A stretch of 63,005 nucleotides of DNA, filler included, from Folioceros fuciformis (taxonomy: Eukaryota), in assembly GCA_049999805.1 (NCBI GenBank). It is 3 parts of 3 records of this genome, joined end to end, with 100 filler letters (N's around TTAATTAATTAA, not from the genome) between each part and the next. Parts side by side here need not be neighbours in the genome. Positions count along the whole stretch, not along the records: positions 22,694 to 46,651 come from JBNGIO010006337.1; positions 46,752 to 63,005 come from JBNGIO010006342.1; 1 more part is not named here. The stretch is one strand, 5' to 3'. The notes beneath the pieces were generated by a model. That model was given only the letters and a program-made list of their open reading frames with translations, was not told the DNA's origin and did no database searches. This document shows, piece after piece, positions 36,908 to 51,058 of the stretch. The translations under genes were made by a program, and so were the position numbers. Position 1 is the first letter of the stretch. Each line of letters opens with the position of its first letter.

Positions 36908-38708
36908 TCATGAAGGAGAGCCGGCAGGTACGGTAGCAATTCTACTCGCAGAAGCCCTCAACGCCGATCTGGAGGCCTTGGCGAGGAGTGCCTTGTAGTC
37001 AGCACTCTGAGCCCACTGATCTATCTCCCGTGCCCTCAGGACAGGCAACGGGTGGGAGAGCTGCTCTGTCTGTGCGTTCCTGCGGAGTTGTATATGCACA
37101 GCCAGTCAGCGGGTCGAAGGTGGATATATTTGTAGTGCAAGCATCAACCAGAACCCCTGTTCAGTAGTCAAACCTGAGATACCATCCCAGAGGACTCTTG
37201 GATGCGTCGTCGTAAGACCTGGCCTGTTTCAAAAAGGCGTCCACGTTCAACTGGTCCGCAAGAGACGGGCACCCGCCTGCAAGCTTCATAAGCACCGACA
37301 CTACAACCTGCACAGGCGAATCGAGGCCTAGACTCAAGCTTCTTGGACAAGCAAAAGGAGTTTAGACGGCCACAAAAGGAAGTACTACGGACCTTGGGAT
37401 CCTGAGCTACCAGAAGAGCTGCCCTGTCACAAGTGAGTTCGGCTGCCCTTAGCCATCTCATGATCTGGTCTTCCAAGTTACGAGCAATCACACCACCAAG
37501 CCCTGACGAGGTAGACACACAACGAGGCGTGTCATGGGGCTTGAGACAATGGTGGATTTGCAGCGAAGGAAATGAGCCGTACGCACCTGGTAGGGAGTAT
37601 GCACCTAGTGCAATGATGTTTGCGAAAGTAAGCCAAATGCCATGGTCGCACTTCAAATGCCCCAGCTCATGCGCCAAGACTGCCTGCATCACTGGACAAC
37701 AGTTAATGCAACCAGGCGCATTATCATGCGCCACAGCACGTTCCAATACTGTCAGACACTTCGAACAAGGGTTTGCGCATTTGACGAAGGAACATCAAAC
37801 CTGTAGTTCTCTCTTATCCAGAAGCTCCACAAGGCTGGTGTGTATTACCACGAATGGTCTCCGTCCAGATATGGCCAGTGTGTAGGCATTAGGGTTTGGG
37901 TTTTGGCGCACGTACAGGTCTGGGGCCTCCAGGCTCAATATGTTAGCAGCCTCTATCATGAGATGGTGCAGCTCGGACAGCTGTGGAAAACTCCAAGCTA
38001 GAATGTCAGCACGCTTCTTCACAGCGTTCCACAAGAGAGGGCTATGTAGAGCAGGGGAACACCTGTTCCTCGCTGACTAGCACAGACTTGCCAATATTTT
38101 CCATAAGCATGACCTGCTCCGCCACCGGCCCTACACCAGACATAACACACCAGCTGTCACAAGGCCACATGCACACAGGCTGAATCACTGACCATGCCAC
38201 TCCTGAAGAGAATCAAACCATGTCCTGCAATTCCGCCCTGCACCATACCTAGCAACAGCTTCCCGACATCTCTAACCCCAGGAATCGCACGTAAAAGCGC
38301 CGTGTTCTGCAAAGGGTCAACCCACGTTCAGCATACGCGACCTCCCCGATGCAATCCTCCTCGAGCTCAGCACACAGAACCAACCTGCCTATCCAGAGGG
38401 TGCCTGAAATCATCTGCTTGTAAGTTCGGGAACGCCAGCCCTGCACTGACCTTGAGCGACCGCCACGACCGTCTCAACACAACCTGGCTACCATCACATC
38501 CCATCCCTCATTAATCATTTACTGCAACAAGCTGACCCAGCAACCCGTCCTCTGGCTCAGCCACTCCCCAACCCCGGCACCCCTTACGAGTCCGCACCTT
38601 CGAGCCAGTGCACATCCACCCCAAATCCACCCCCAGAGCGCCCGCAGAACCCAGAGGGCGACGCCGTCCTGCACAGGAAGGAAGTAGCACGTGCACCCGC
38701 AAAGCCAT
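36908..38708 (-). CDS. PGM48: M48 family zinc metallopeptidase, plastoglobule PGM48-like
   Basis: Transit-peptide-like N-terminus, LQADDFRHPLDRQ, PDLYVRQNPNPNAYTLAISG, AVLAHELGHLKCDHG (HExxH), WLRAAELTCDRAALL, SHPLPVLRAREID. Confidence 0.92.
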
Positions 38709-39613
38709 TTCTGCTCTGCTACCTCTCCCAGTACCCGCAAATCTCCGTATCCTACCTAGAGACCCAAAGCGCAGTCATCCAAATGCTGTTCATGGTCGCA
38801 GCCTTGGAGCCCAATTGTCCACGACAAGCGCTTCGACTTAATCATCCGACCAGACTGCACACTCCAATCTCCACCTCGCATTTTCCTCCTCCACAGTTAA
38901 TCCGTAAACTCCGAATTGTCGAGCTCGGAGTCCTTAAAGATGTGATGATTTTTCCTCCTACCTTCGATTTCCGTTCGAATCCGTCAGCTACCAGGCCGAG
39001 GATGGGCCACGTTGAAACACTAGATGCATTTCCCTTGACCGCATCTCAAGTCGCTATTGAACGGATAAAATTACGTGTTTAGACGTCTTTCAACTCGTCT
39101 CCCCGGTGGCTCTTCCGATCCTCTCTTTCCAACTACGGATGATATCTCTCTCCTTTTTCAGCTTTGGTCATCCTCTTTTCTCTCTCCTTTTTCAGCTTTG
39201 GTCATCCTCAAAAGAGGGGGCGAGATGGAAATCCCTACCTCGAAAGGATGAGAACAAAGGGTTGCTGAAGTGCATCGGAAAGTTGACTTAAATTTTTATG
39301 GATGTATATTTTATCTTATATTTATATATTGATATTATTATTGAATTATAATGTTATTAAGACAAAGAAGAAATCTATCATCTTTGTCTAACACAAACCT
39401 CATAGAGTCAAGTAAATTCCATGTGACTATGTATTAGAGTGCTCATTAATTTTGCTTAGTTTTGATGTGCACTTTGGTTACAATTCCTTTCCTTTCCTCT
39501 ATGGGAGGAACGTCCTTTGTCACACTATGATCAATGATGAATAACTTACCAGTCTCTTCATGTATGCTAAGCAACCTTCCTACTTTAGCTCCTACTAAGC
39601 GTGCTTCAAGACA

Positions 39614-39748
39614 CAACTTTGATATGCTCTTCACCTTAGTTTCACTATGTACAACTTTGATATGCTCTTCACCTTAGTTTCACTATGTACNNNNNNNNNN
39701 ACTATGTACAACTTTGATATGCTCTTCACCTTAGTTTCACTATGTACT
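39614..39748. repeat. 37-bp tandem repeat around a 10-N gap
   Basis: acaactttgatatgctcttcaccttagtttcactatgt repeated about 3 times; may be partly an assembly artefact. Confidence 0.65.
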
Positions 39749-39789
39749 ATTCGTAAGCAGCACATACAATGCCCTGCACATCTCGTTTA

Positions 39790-40140
39790 TATTTGTAATG
39801 AATTTGTGATAAGCCCCAAAAAGGCTATTTCTAATGAATTCGCGGCAATAATTGATAAGCCTCGAAAAGGCTATTTCTAATGAATTCGCTGTAATATAAT
39901 TAAAGCCCTAAAAATGCTATTCTTAATGAATTCAAAGTAATACAATTTAAGCCCCAAAAAAGTTATTTCTAATGAATTCACAGTAATAATTGATAAACCC
40001 AAAAAGACTATTTTTAATAAATTCATGGTAATAACTGATAAGCCCAAAATAACTATTCTTAATGGATTCGCGGTAACGTAATTTAGCGTCAAAAACACTA
40101 TTCTTAATGAACTTGCGGTAATATAATTGATAAGCCCAAA
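39790..40140. repeat. AT-rich ~45-46-bp tandem repeat, about 8 diverged copies
   Basis: taatgaatt...gtaata...ataagccc.aaaa..ctatt recurs at 39832, 39878, 39924, 39970, 40015, 40060, 40105. Confidence 0.8.
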
Positions 40141-40144
40141 AACT

Positions 40145-43100
40145 TTCTGTGGGTGGGTCTTCCAGCCTTGCCGGTTCAGCTCGTCCCGCTGATTCGCAAA
40201 ATTCTGGAGACCATTGGCAGGGTGGTGGAGGTTCCTAAGGTGGACTCTAGCTTTTTCGACAACAGCAAACCGCCTCGCTTTGTGGTGAGGGTTGACAGCC
40301 TCCATGGTTTGCCAAAAGGGGTCGTAGTTTGTGATCCGGAGGACCCATCCAAGTGTTTTACACAACTCTTTGATTACCCGGATCTTCCTATTCGGTGCGG
40401 GGTGTGTGGCTTGCAAAATCACCTTAAGCAGGCTTTGTCCCCTTGGGGCTGGATCGGAAGGTCGGGGAGGCAATTCAAAGAAGGCGCATTCAGGACCCCT
40501 TCCTGGATTTAAAGGTGCCTCAACGAGGTCCTGGAGGACTAACCCTGGTATGCTGTTGTGGGTGAAAAAAGTGCAGGAAGAATTCTTCTCGGGGAGCGGG
40601 GGCACACACAGTACACAGGCCAAGCTTTGTGTCCTTCTGAGGAGGAAAGTAGGTAACACATACTTCTATTGGATGCCGAAGGGGGGAGAACTCAGAGCCT
40701 TACCTACACGCGCGTTCCAGGTAGGGGGGTCGATTGGGAATCAGCCCCTTGTGATTTGGTCTACAGTCAAGTCAAAAGTCAAGGACATGTTGCAGGCGGG
40801 TCTGGGGTTTGATGAGCAAGCTGTGAGATTGGTCTTACAGGAAGCATGGCATAGTATCGTGTGCCATAGACTAGAGGATAGCTCAGCTATCGTCTTTGTC
40901 AACACCTTGATTGAGCTGAAGGAAGAGTGCCAAATCCGGGACTCCAAGGTTTCACAGTGGTTGGGGGAGTCTCAGCTACTGGCCTATATCAAGGATGCAA
41001 AATTTGGTAAAGGCCGAGTTACGCTCGCGTCGAGAGTGTTGTTCAAAGCACATCTTGGTTTTCTCGGGTTGCTTAATGCCCCGATATCAATCAAACTCCC
41101 AAAAAGTTGGGAACTTAGATGGGAAGAAGATTTGATGGTTGAGGGTACGGTGCCTATGGAAGAAGATTATAACAAGGTGGACTTAGGTAGTGTGACCCCA
41201 GCAAATGGTCTCAACATTCTGGCAGTAGAGGGCAAGGACTCTATCGGGGAGCTTCAGCAAAGGGGAGGTGCTCATCAATTAGCCAACCCCGCAACTCAGC
41301 AAGACCTCTAAACTGTCCCCCAGGTAGCAGACCCGGCAGGGTCTGAATCCCGAGCCATAACCTTAGGAGATCAACCGAAGGGTGGAATACATAAGGCAGT
41401 TGATAAGGTGGCCTTCTAGGGTGCGTTGAGACAAGCTCCTACACAGGGGAGTCAAGGAAAGGGGCAGTCTACTAGGTCGGCTTTCCAAGGGGAGTTAGAA
41501 CGGGGTGTTGAGAATCTCAAGGCAAGAAAGCTCACAAGTATATCTGCTAGGATGGAGATGGGGACCACAGTGAATGGTGGGAGTTTCCCAGGAGGTCAGC
41601 AGAGGTCAGGTGCCGAAGGAGAATCTCAGCAGTTTGCAGATTTAGGGGGTAGTTTGGCTCCCGTGGCCCAACAAAGGTGGGGCAAATCTTCAATCAGTTG
41701 GAGTGCTAACAATAGACAAGGAGGCCCAGGAAGGAGCCTCCGGGAGGTCGACGGAGGTGGGAGGTAGCGCAGGAAAGTCTATCCCGGAGGGTTCCTCCGC
41801 CCAGCCTCAGGAAACTTGTCAAACCGGCTCCGGAGGGATGGGAGCAGGTATTAGTTCTTCCTTGATAAGGGAGGAGGAAGGGCTGGTTTCTCGAGTGTTG
41901 CAGAAGGGGGAGTCCAATCGTGAGGACGAGGTGGATAGGCTGGAGCACCTTCAGCCCAGGTGGATACAAAGAGGCTCTCAGAAGGACCCTGGCGAGTGTC
42001 AAGCTAGGGGATTCTCCGGTGTATTTTCTCCCCAGACTAGGGAAGAGCTGCTCGAGCATGGGCTCCATGCCTTCCTTACAGCACCAAACAGGATCGGTGG
42101 GCAGAGCAAAGGAAAAAGCTGGGTCATGGCGACGGTCCAGCCTGGAGCTGGGGTCAGGGCTGCAGTGCAACCTGGGTAGTCTTTGCAACAGCCTGTGTGT
42201 CAGAATGCTGAGGTTGAGAGTCTCTCATTGCTTCCCAACGGTGTCGATGCATGCACAGCTAGGGTCTCGTTGTATGAACATGAGGACGCACTGGGTAGTG
42301 CAAGGGAAGGCCTGCAAGTCGCATCCTCCAAGGCTCTGAAGGCGAGCTGGGATCAAGGTGGAGTGTATCCGGGAGCCTGTGGACACCACTGCGTAAGAAC
42401 TCAGGGAGATTTTGCGCTGGAGGTGCAAACCAGGTCAGGATCACTATCTTTTGTCGAGAGTGATGCAGGGTGACTCCTTCCTGGCCACGAAGCGTTGGCA
42501 GATCAGCTAATGTCCACCGACGCAGTCTTCCAGACAGGTTGCTGGCAGGGAGAGACGGCCCCCTCGGCTGGAAGTATCTCCGCCAAGCTCCAAAATGAGC
42601 TCGCTGAAGTAGTCGGCAGGGACACCATGGCGGGAGCTCAAGCGGTGGACGCTACTTGCGATCAAAGGGCGTGCTTTGAGGTGATGGACGTGTCGCTAGC
42701 AGGTAGATCAGTGGCAGAAGGGACTAAAAGATCCCTAGTTTTTTGGCATGGAGCAGGAGGTGTGGGCAAGCTCGGTTGGTGCTCCAGGTTGTATAAAGGA
42801 TTCAGGAGCCAAGCTGGGGCGACCCTCCCATGGTGCGTGCATGCAAGGCGAGGAGGGTGCGCCGACTTTGCCCTCGAGCTGGGAGCCAGTGCAGGAGGAT
42901 TCACGCGCTAAAGGTGGTGAAGCCTTGGGGATGATAGGAGTGTCGAGTATGAAACTGTCCTTCAGGGACAAAGCACCCCTAGAGGGGACTGGTCAGAGTG
43001 GAGTGGTAGCGGCGACTGGAGGCCTCCCAGCCAGGAACACAGCACCTGATCCAGGCCCGGCTATCGAGGTTGGCGAGTTGGGCGAACCCACTACATGTGC

Positions 43101-46100
43101 TCCAGCTTCGGTTCTAGGTGTCACCACGGTGGGAGGTCAGGGGGAGGCAGAGAGTCGCGAAGTGATGATCACCCAGGAGATGCAAAACGTGCTAAGCACT
43201 GATGGCCGTGTGGCTAGAGAAACAAAGCGCGTCCTGGACGATAGGGTCGGGGTGGAGCAATGGACTGGCAAGGGATGTAGGGCGGAGGAGGGCAATACCT
43301 CTGATGCACTGATGGGGCCATATTCCCAGATGCTCAGGCTTCGTGGTGCGGGGGCGGTGCCTTCTCCTTTTTCCCAGCAAGAGGTGGAGGCTGGAGATTT
43401 CTTAAGGACAGTGGGTGAGGGCCTGAGTTGGTGTCCAGAGGAGGTAGGTCAACATGTTTGCTAGGGTAGGGGACTCCTGGCTGGAGCCCCCCAGGGAAAG
43501 GAGGTACATGAGGACAGATATTCCCCTGCCACATCCAAGGAAGATGACACCGTAGAAGCGTGTGGAGATGCCGACAGGGGAGGGGCCAAACAGCCGCCTG
43601 CTGACAAGAGCTTGGAAGAGGAGGAGCCAATTACTGGCGGTGCCTTCCTATCGGACACCAAGACTGGAGCACCATCAGAGGATTTTCCGCAGCGGCTAGG
43701 TTTGCAGGTGTCGGAGGTGTTGACGCCACTGGGTTCAAGCTGGGGGACAGGGCTTGGGTTGCTGTCAAGGGTGGTCGGCAAGGACGGGGGGAGGAAGACA
43801 ACCTCGATTCTCCATGGGCAACACCCACTCGGCCCTTCGGCGCCGTCGTCATCACTTGATCGTGAGCTGGCAATGGCTCCCAGAGACTAGGTGCAAGAAC
43901 CAGATTCTGGTTCTGCTGTCGAATTGGTGATGGATAGGAGTTTGGTCCAGGCTTCCAATTCTGAACTAACAGCATTGGTTTCTGCTTAGGTTCCTGGCAA
44001 ACACAAAAGCACTGCGGTTTCTGTGGGAAAGAGAAACCGCATCTCGGAGGATCCAACATCAAGACTTAAGAGGCAGGACCAGATCGCTGTTGCCAAGGCT
44101 AGGAAAGCGTTGAATAGAGTGGTTCAACAGATGGCCTTGGACATAACCTTCCCGGAGGGAAAGAAGATCAAAGTGGTAGAAGGGATGAAGGGTGAGAATC
44201 AGTTGCATGGTCAGAGCTTCAATGGGAGTCGATGGAGAGCTTAAGCAAACATGGAAACTGCCGTGCGGTAGAGCGATTGGGATCCAAGGCAGTTGGAACA
44301 GGCTCTATGAGCTTAGACAGCTTTCTGCCTGATGGCTACAGCCCCATCAAGGGTGAAAATGTTGTATATGCCTCTAAGGACAACTTGTTCTCCACCCTTG
44401 GTGCAGAGGACGACGAGGAAGGAGAACCAGTCTGGCATGAAGTCCAAGCTGTCTTCTCTGGGGACGAAGGTTGCTCCTCTCCACTAGGCCCCTGGGAAGG
44501 GATGGAGAATCCTGCTAGGAATGGTGGCCAGGGTAGCCGGGCGTCGGAGAAACTCACCCGGCGGAAGGGTAGGCAATTCGCAGTCAATCTTTCAGTTACG
44601 AGGACGGTCCAGAACTCTTGTTTGTACCTGGTTAAGCTAGGAGATGAGGGAGAGTTGCTCCCTATCATCATTTCAATACAGCAGTTGCATTCAGGGCAGG
44701 AAAATTTTTTGCCGCCTTGTCATCCGGAGGGGTTCTTGCGAGTAAGGAAGGCAAGGAGGTGGAGTTTTTCAGCGGTGTTTACCAGACGGGTGATAGATAT
44801 TTCGCGGACATCCATCTCAAACAGGCATGGGGACCAATTTTACCACTTACTGCAGACTGGAGGTGGACCTTAGATGTGCCATGGGCGAATGACAGGCCAT
44901 GGATTCCGGGCATGCCAGTGGGAGAGTCTGAGAGGACATTAGGCTTTGAGGGCAAAAGGTGTGCGCCTGCCGTCCGTAAATCTGAACGGATTCAGAGAAT
45001 GTCTTTTGAACTCAAAGCTAATAATCAGATGTCTCGGTCTAGACTCATGTCTAGGGCCAAGGTATCTAAACCTGCAGCGATCAGAAAGCTCCCAAGCAAA
45101 GCCTGATAAAAGCGTCTGGGCACTGTTGAAAATTATGAGCGGGGGGTACATTTGTGAATCATTTCATGGAATGTTAGGGGCTTGGGGGGTTGGTCCAAGA
45201 CGGCTTCAAAATGTAGGAGGTAGAAGCACCTGTTAGAAGAAGAGGTCACCTGGGATATTGTTTGCCTGCAAGAGCATAAGCTTTCTTCGGAGCATATCCA
45301 AAAAGTGAAGAAGCTTTTCCTTCGAGGTAGAACAGTATGGGTGGCAGCTAGGGTAGATGAAGAAGGCGGTGGGGATTGTCCGACTCAGCGTCTATCAGCA
45401 ACCAGGGGGGGCGTATCCATAACTGTTCACCCTGAGCACACTCACAACATCTTGGAGTCGGGGCAAGATGAGGGTGGTAGGTTTGTTTGGCTGGTGTTGT
45501 AAACTCCTCAAGACCCCTTCAGCGTCTATAATATTTATGCCCCTAATGCTGCCTCTGACAGGAGTAGACTATGGAGTAGGCTGGGGAAACAATTGAATGA
45601 GCAGATCCCTTGGATGTTGGCCGGGGATTTCAACTTTGTCGAAAGAAGGGAAGATATTCGAAGGGAGAGCCCGGCAGAGTTTCGGTCGGTGCCCATGTCC
45701 TGGCAGGAGCTGAGAGACACTATCTTGGATGTGCAAGATCCGTGGCTGGCCTTACTAGCACACCGTCAGCCACAATCCTTGAAGTTTAGCTGGTCTAACC
45801 AGTAAGAACAGGATTTGGGTGCGCACAGGCTGGACAGGTTCTATGTTCCGTCAGTCTGGCTACCACTTGTACAATTGTATAGTATTCTTGCTGGTACGAT
45901 CATGTCGGACCATCATCCAACTAGCCTACACTTGAGGCTTGCCCCTGCCACGGGGCGATAGAGGAGGTTTATGCAAAATTACCGGATGAACACGTCCTTA
46001 CTGAAAGAAAAAGGGGTGTTCGAGGAGGTCAAAAGCATCTGGCAGGGAATTGAACAAGGGGAAGAGCCTACTGTGTCTAGATTAATAAGTGCTAACAATG

Positions 46101-49100
46101 CTGCGACTAGGTTTTTGAGGAATCGGGGAGTCCAACGTGCGAAGGAACTGCGCCAGCAAGAATGTTTTTGGAGAGAAGAACTAAGTTGGCTCCAAAGGCG
46201 AGGTGAGGAGAGGGACTCCACAATCGAAGAAGAAGCCCGGAAAACAGAGGTATAATGCGCTTTGGCCAAGTTAGAAGAAGACAGTGCTAGAGGTTGGTTC
46301 AAATGGGCTAAAGTTAAGTGGGTCAAGGAAGGGGACAGTCCGTCGAAATTCTTCTTCGACAAGGTAGCTGCGAACCGGCATAGGACGCGCATTCCTGCGC
46401 TCCCGAACACTCAAGGGGTGGTACAGGAGTTGCTTGATGGTTTGAAAAAGCTCATTACCCTTTTCTTTGTGGGAATTTTTTCTAGTGTTGGGAAGGTGAC
46501 AGTGTGGGAGCAGCTATGGTTTTTTGCGTATGGGTCACTTTCGGCTAAAGTGTCTGAAGCCCAGCGGAAGGCGTTGGATAAGCCGATTACTGTAGAGGAA
46601 GTGCTCCAGGCTCTGAAGGGGATGCCGAGGAATAAATCCCCAGGTCATGACNNNNNNNNNNNNNNNNNNNNNNNNNNNNNNNNNNNNNNNNNNNNTTAAT
46701 TAATTAANNNNNNNNNNNNNNNNNNNNNNNNNNNNNNNNNNNNNNNNNNNNATGCAGGGCTCTGGATCAGTCGATAACTGCCAATGAGGTGTTCCGGCCC
46801 CTAGAGGGGATGCCGAGGGATAAATCCCCAGGGCATGATGGTATTCCCCCTGAATTCATGCTCTGGGGTTGGGAATTTATGCAGCCACTATTCATGGAGG
46901 CGATTAACACGTGCTGGGAGTATGGTAGCATTGGGGGTTGGTTCAATTTGGGGGTTATCTCCCTACTGCCTAAGCAAGAAGCCAGTTTATCAATATCCAA
47001 CTGGCTCCCGATTACCTTGCTCACTACCACGTACAAGGTGATTGCTAAGGTACTGGCTAACCGAATTACTCCATTTCTTGATGATTGGATTGAGAAAGAA
47101 CAGAGAGGATTCATTTAAAATAGGTGCATCCTGGACAACCTACTTCTTCTGAGGGAGGCTAAATACAATGCACAGGTACAGAAGAAAGCTGCTGTTTTCA
47201 TTTCCCTTGACTTCTACAAGGCCTATGATTCAATTGAGTGGCATTTCCTATGGCGATGCCTATGTAGTTTTGGCTTTGGGAATAACTTCTGCAGATGGAT
47301 AGCCATTTTGTGTGAATACGCAGGTGCCAAGGTAGCTGTCTGCTTCTTTTACGGAGTGTTTCGCAATCTCCCGGTCGATACGTCAGGGATGCCCCCTTGC
47401 TCCGTTTTTATTTATTATCGTCACTGACTTCTTTCTTAGAGTTGTCAAGCAAGACCTGGCAGTGGTGGGTAATCGGAACTCAGATGGGACACAATTAAGG
47501 GTTTCTGCATTCGCAGATGAGACTCTTCTTTTTTCCTCGGCAGAGGAGGCCTCATTAAAAGTGCTGCTCCAACAGGTTAAGGTCTTTGGTGAGCTTACGG
47601 GTTGCAAGGTGAACTGGAACAAGACGCGCATGATGTGTCTTCACATGGAGAGAGAGCCCCCTCAGTGTATTAACCATATCAGGCGAGTGACCCTGGGGTC
47701 TACTCACAAATATTTGGGGCTTCCTTTCCAAGAAAGGGATGAGAATGGGAAGATAGGGAAGTACATCTGTCTTAGGTTCATTCGAAAAGCGGCTGGTTTA
47801 CAATTGTTGGAGCTCAATTTGGCAGGTAGGTTGGTGGTGATCAACCATATCCTAACTGCAACTCTTTGGTACTATTTGTTTTTGTGGGCCCCTTCTAAGT
47901 CAGAGGCGAGGCGCTTACAACAGGTGCTAACTTCTTTCCTGTGGAAGCGTTCAGGAGATAGTATGGCAGAGTGTTCTAAGGTGTCTTGGCAGCATATTAT
48001 TCAGCCGCGCAGATTGGGAGGTCTTGGGGTGGTGGACCCGGTTGCCAAGATGAAAGTTTTGCATGCGCAGTGGGTTGTTAGGGCAGCTGATCCGGCCTAC
48101 TATCCTTGGAAGAGCCTTCTAACACAGCACTTGGATTGCACCCAAGCTGTCCCCAGGTGTAGGAGGCATATAGACAACATTCTGGCCGACAAACTACTAT
48201 TGGATACTACAGATTGCTCCCCGCTTTTTAAGTCTATTTGGAGTAGTTATCTGGAGGTCAAACATTATGTTCTTCCGGGCAACTTCTCCCATGTGGATGA
48301 TGTTCTTGGTATCCCTTTGCAGGGTTTCTCGAGATTATGGGTACAAGACTTCAGGTCTAGGGTATATCGGTCACAAATCTTCGGGCTGGCTTGTCGGAAA
48401 GGCGTTATCCGGCTTGGACATTTATGCAACAGAGTTGAGTCCTGCGGGAAGGAAGTAGCAGAGGTCAAAGGGGAGTTTGGCATTGGGGCCCGGCACATCA
48501 GGTTCATTTTTTCATGGTTGCACGAGGGATTAGATGAAAAGGTGCAACAGCTCGTAAGGCAGAAACCTATCATGGGAGAGGAAGGGTGGTACGCTTACTC
48601 CATGGATAGTAGGGGAAGCGAGTCAGAGGAGGAGGATAAGCATGACGAAGCAGTGGATTTGGATAGGGCGATATGGTTTGCGAGAGCTGATGGCAAAGAG
48701 ATGCTGGAGTCGTTCCAGGTCGTGGCTCCTGACGGTTCTCTGGAAGTGCAGGGTAGGGACGATGGGAAAAGCCGAGGGGGAGAGCTGCGGGCTATCACTA
48801 TCCTCTGTAAATCCGCTCGGGCAGGGCGATGGTACATGGCAAGCGAACGCCCAATTAAGTCACGTACCTCCGATAAAACAAAGGTTCAGTGTTGGTTCCG
48901 ATTAGGTGAGAACTAGGCTTTGACCTTCAGACCAGATCTTTACAGGTGGCCCAAGCGTCCGGGGTGCAAGAAGGATACTTCTCGATCTTTCTTCAACTTC
49001 CCAACGGCGGATTTATTCTTCTGGTTGGTGCGAGCGCAGAAAGTCAAGCTAAGACAACCAATGGCGCCCTGACTGCAGCTATCTAGACGACGACAAAGGG

Positions 49101-49680
49101 AAGCCATCAAGCTCCTATGGAAGTCTGCAGGAGTCCCACCCAAGGTCAGGTTTATGATTTGGTGTTTCTTTCAAGCGTGTTTGACTAATGCGGATCGCTG
49201 GGATGGGCTGTTAGCTGCAGCGGGTGAGAATGTGTGTCGACTGTGCACCGAGGGGGCTCCGAACAAGAGCCAACACATATTCTTTCATTGCAGTTTTGCT
49301 CAAGAGATCTGGAGGGAGGTGGGCAGGTGGCTTCGATTGATCTTTCCTAGTGCTAACCTAAGGATCACGAGTCAATCAGCCCTATTCGGGTTGGACGCAG
49401 CCTCAGGCAAGCCTCTCCTGAAAACCCAATGGTAGGGCTTACTGTGGTCTTCGTGTCTCTTTCACCTCTGGGCCAACTGGTCCGCGGTGGTTTATGGTGG
49501 ACAGAAGTCAGCCTCCCCGAAAGCTTTGCTCTGGCGCATATGGGAGCATTTATTGATAGCAGCAGAAGCCCTTGAGCAATCCCGACGAAATCAGTTCAAG
49601 AGGAAAGACTGGAGGACGGCGGGTCTCCTATCGCTTGGGAAAGATCGCTGGAATCACTCGTGCCCCTGGGGAAGGTGAGT
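40145..49680 (+). mobile_element. L1-like LINE retrotransposon(s), degenerate: ORF1 with zinc knuckle, ORF2 with EN-RT-zf-RVT
   Basis: ORF1 WVGLPALP...YPDLPIRCGVCGLQNH; ORF2 IISWNVRGLG (45160), LAGDFN, RLDRFY, SDHHP, KSPGHDG, LDFYKAYD, RQGCPLAP, AFADET, KYLGLP, CRLC...HIFFHC; many stops and frameshifts; gap at 46652-46750. Confidence 0.9.
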
Positions 49681-49970
49681 ATTTAGGGTCTGTGAGAGGA
49701 TTGGAGGTGGATGTATCAGAGGCTTTGGCAGTATGCGAGTACCATCGGATTGGGGAGTGCTCGTAAAGCGCCTNNNNNNNNNNNNNNNNNNNNNNNNNNN
49801 NNNNNNNNNNNNNNNNNNNNNNNNNNNNNNNNNNNNNNNNNNNNNNNNNNNNNNNNNNNNNNNNNNNNNNNNNGGAGGAGCCTTTCCACTCATAATCAGA
49901 ATTATTTTCTTCGCGAAAAAAAAAGATAAGGCACCTTGGCCAGGTCCTCCTTTTCTACTTCAGTTGTGGG

Positions 49971-51058
49971 TCAATCGGCTAAGGTGAGCTTGACTCCGGT
50001 TGGAAGTGGTACTGGAGCAGGATGAGCATCTAAGAGCTTGATCCTATCTAAAATTTGAAGAACGTACTTCGACTGGAGTAGAGATAGCGTGCTTTCCTTT
50101 CTATCTCTACGGATTTGTACTCCGAGACAGTACTCCAAGGGCCCTAAGTCCCTCATCTTAAACTTGGCAGCGAGCATTTCCTTCACATCAACAAGCATCG
50201 TCTTTGGATGATTTGTGAACGGAATGTAGTCGTCTACATATAAGGCAAGTGCAAGAAATTGCTTTCCTTTGCGTAGTAGATACAGGTTCTGGTCGGCATG
50301 GGTCTTAACAAATCCAATGGTAAGTAGAAGGGTGTTAGTAAGTTGGTAAAATTTTGCAGGTGATTGCTTAAGGCCGTATAGACCCTTGAGCAGCTTGCAT
50401 ACCCATGTGGGCCTTTCAACATCTTCATACAAAGGTGGCTGCTCCATGTAGATTGTTTCCTTTAGTGTAGCATAGAGGAATGCTGTATAGATGTCAAGCT
50501 GATGTACATCGAGATCGTACTCGGCAGGAGGTGCCAGTAGGAACCTAATTGGCTAGGCAATCACCACAGGTGTGTAGATGTTGTCACCATAATCAATCCC
50601 AAGCCTCTGACTGTAGCCTTTAGCCACAAGCCTTGCCATAAGTCTTTCTGTAGTTTCGTCAGACTTCAGCTTTCGTTTGAAGGTCCACTTACATTTGATG
50701 GCCTTGCGACCAGGGGGTACGGGGGTGAGCACCCATGTCTTAAGTTCGAGTCATATTCTTGTTGGATTGCCTTCATCCATCCTTCCTTTTTAGATGATTT
50801 GAGGGCTTCTTCTAAGCTTGCGGGCTCAGGAACATGGTTTGCAGCCAGCATTGCTCTTGCCATGAGATTATTTGGGGCGTCGATCTCAGTGCTTGTCTCT
50901 ACAGGCGTGTTTTCAGTCTTAGGAATGTGAGGAGCAACTTCCGCGATGATGGGCTGCTGAGGAGTAACTCTTGGGACATGATAGGCATCCAGATAGGCGG
51001 GGCACCTACGAACTCTGGTAGATTGGCGTCTCTCCGGAATGATGGTTGCAGCTGGTAG
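49971..51058 (-). mobile_element. Older Copia element, RT part (host of nested insertion)
   Basis: EPASLEEAL...WMKAIQQEY, HQLDIYTAFL, VCKLLKGLYGLKQSP, LYVDD, MRDLGPLEYCLGVQI. Confidence 0.88.

Noticed and set aside
39877-40659. 260-aa minus-strand ORF with repeated hydrophobic motif
   Set aside because: Antisense of LINE ORF1 plus read-through of the 45-bp tandem repeat.
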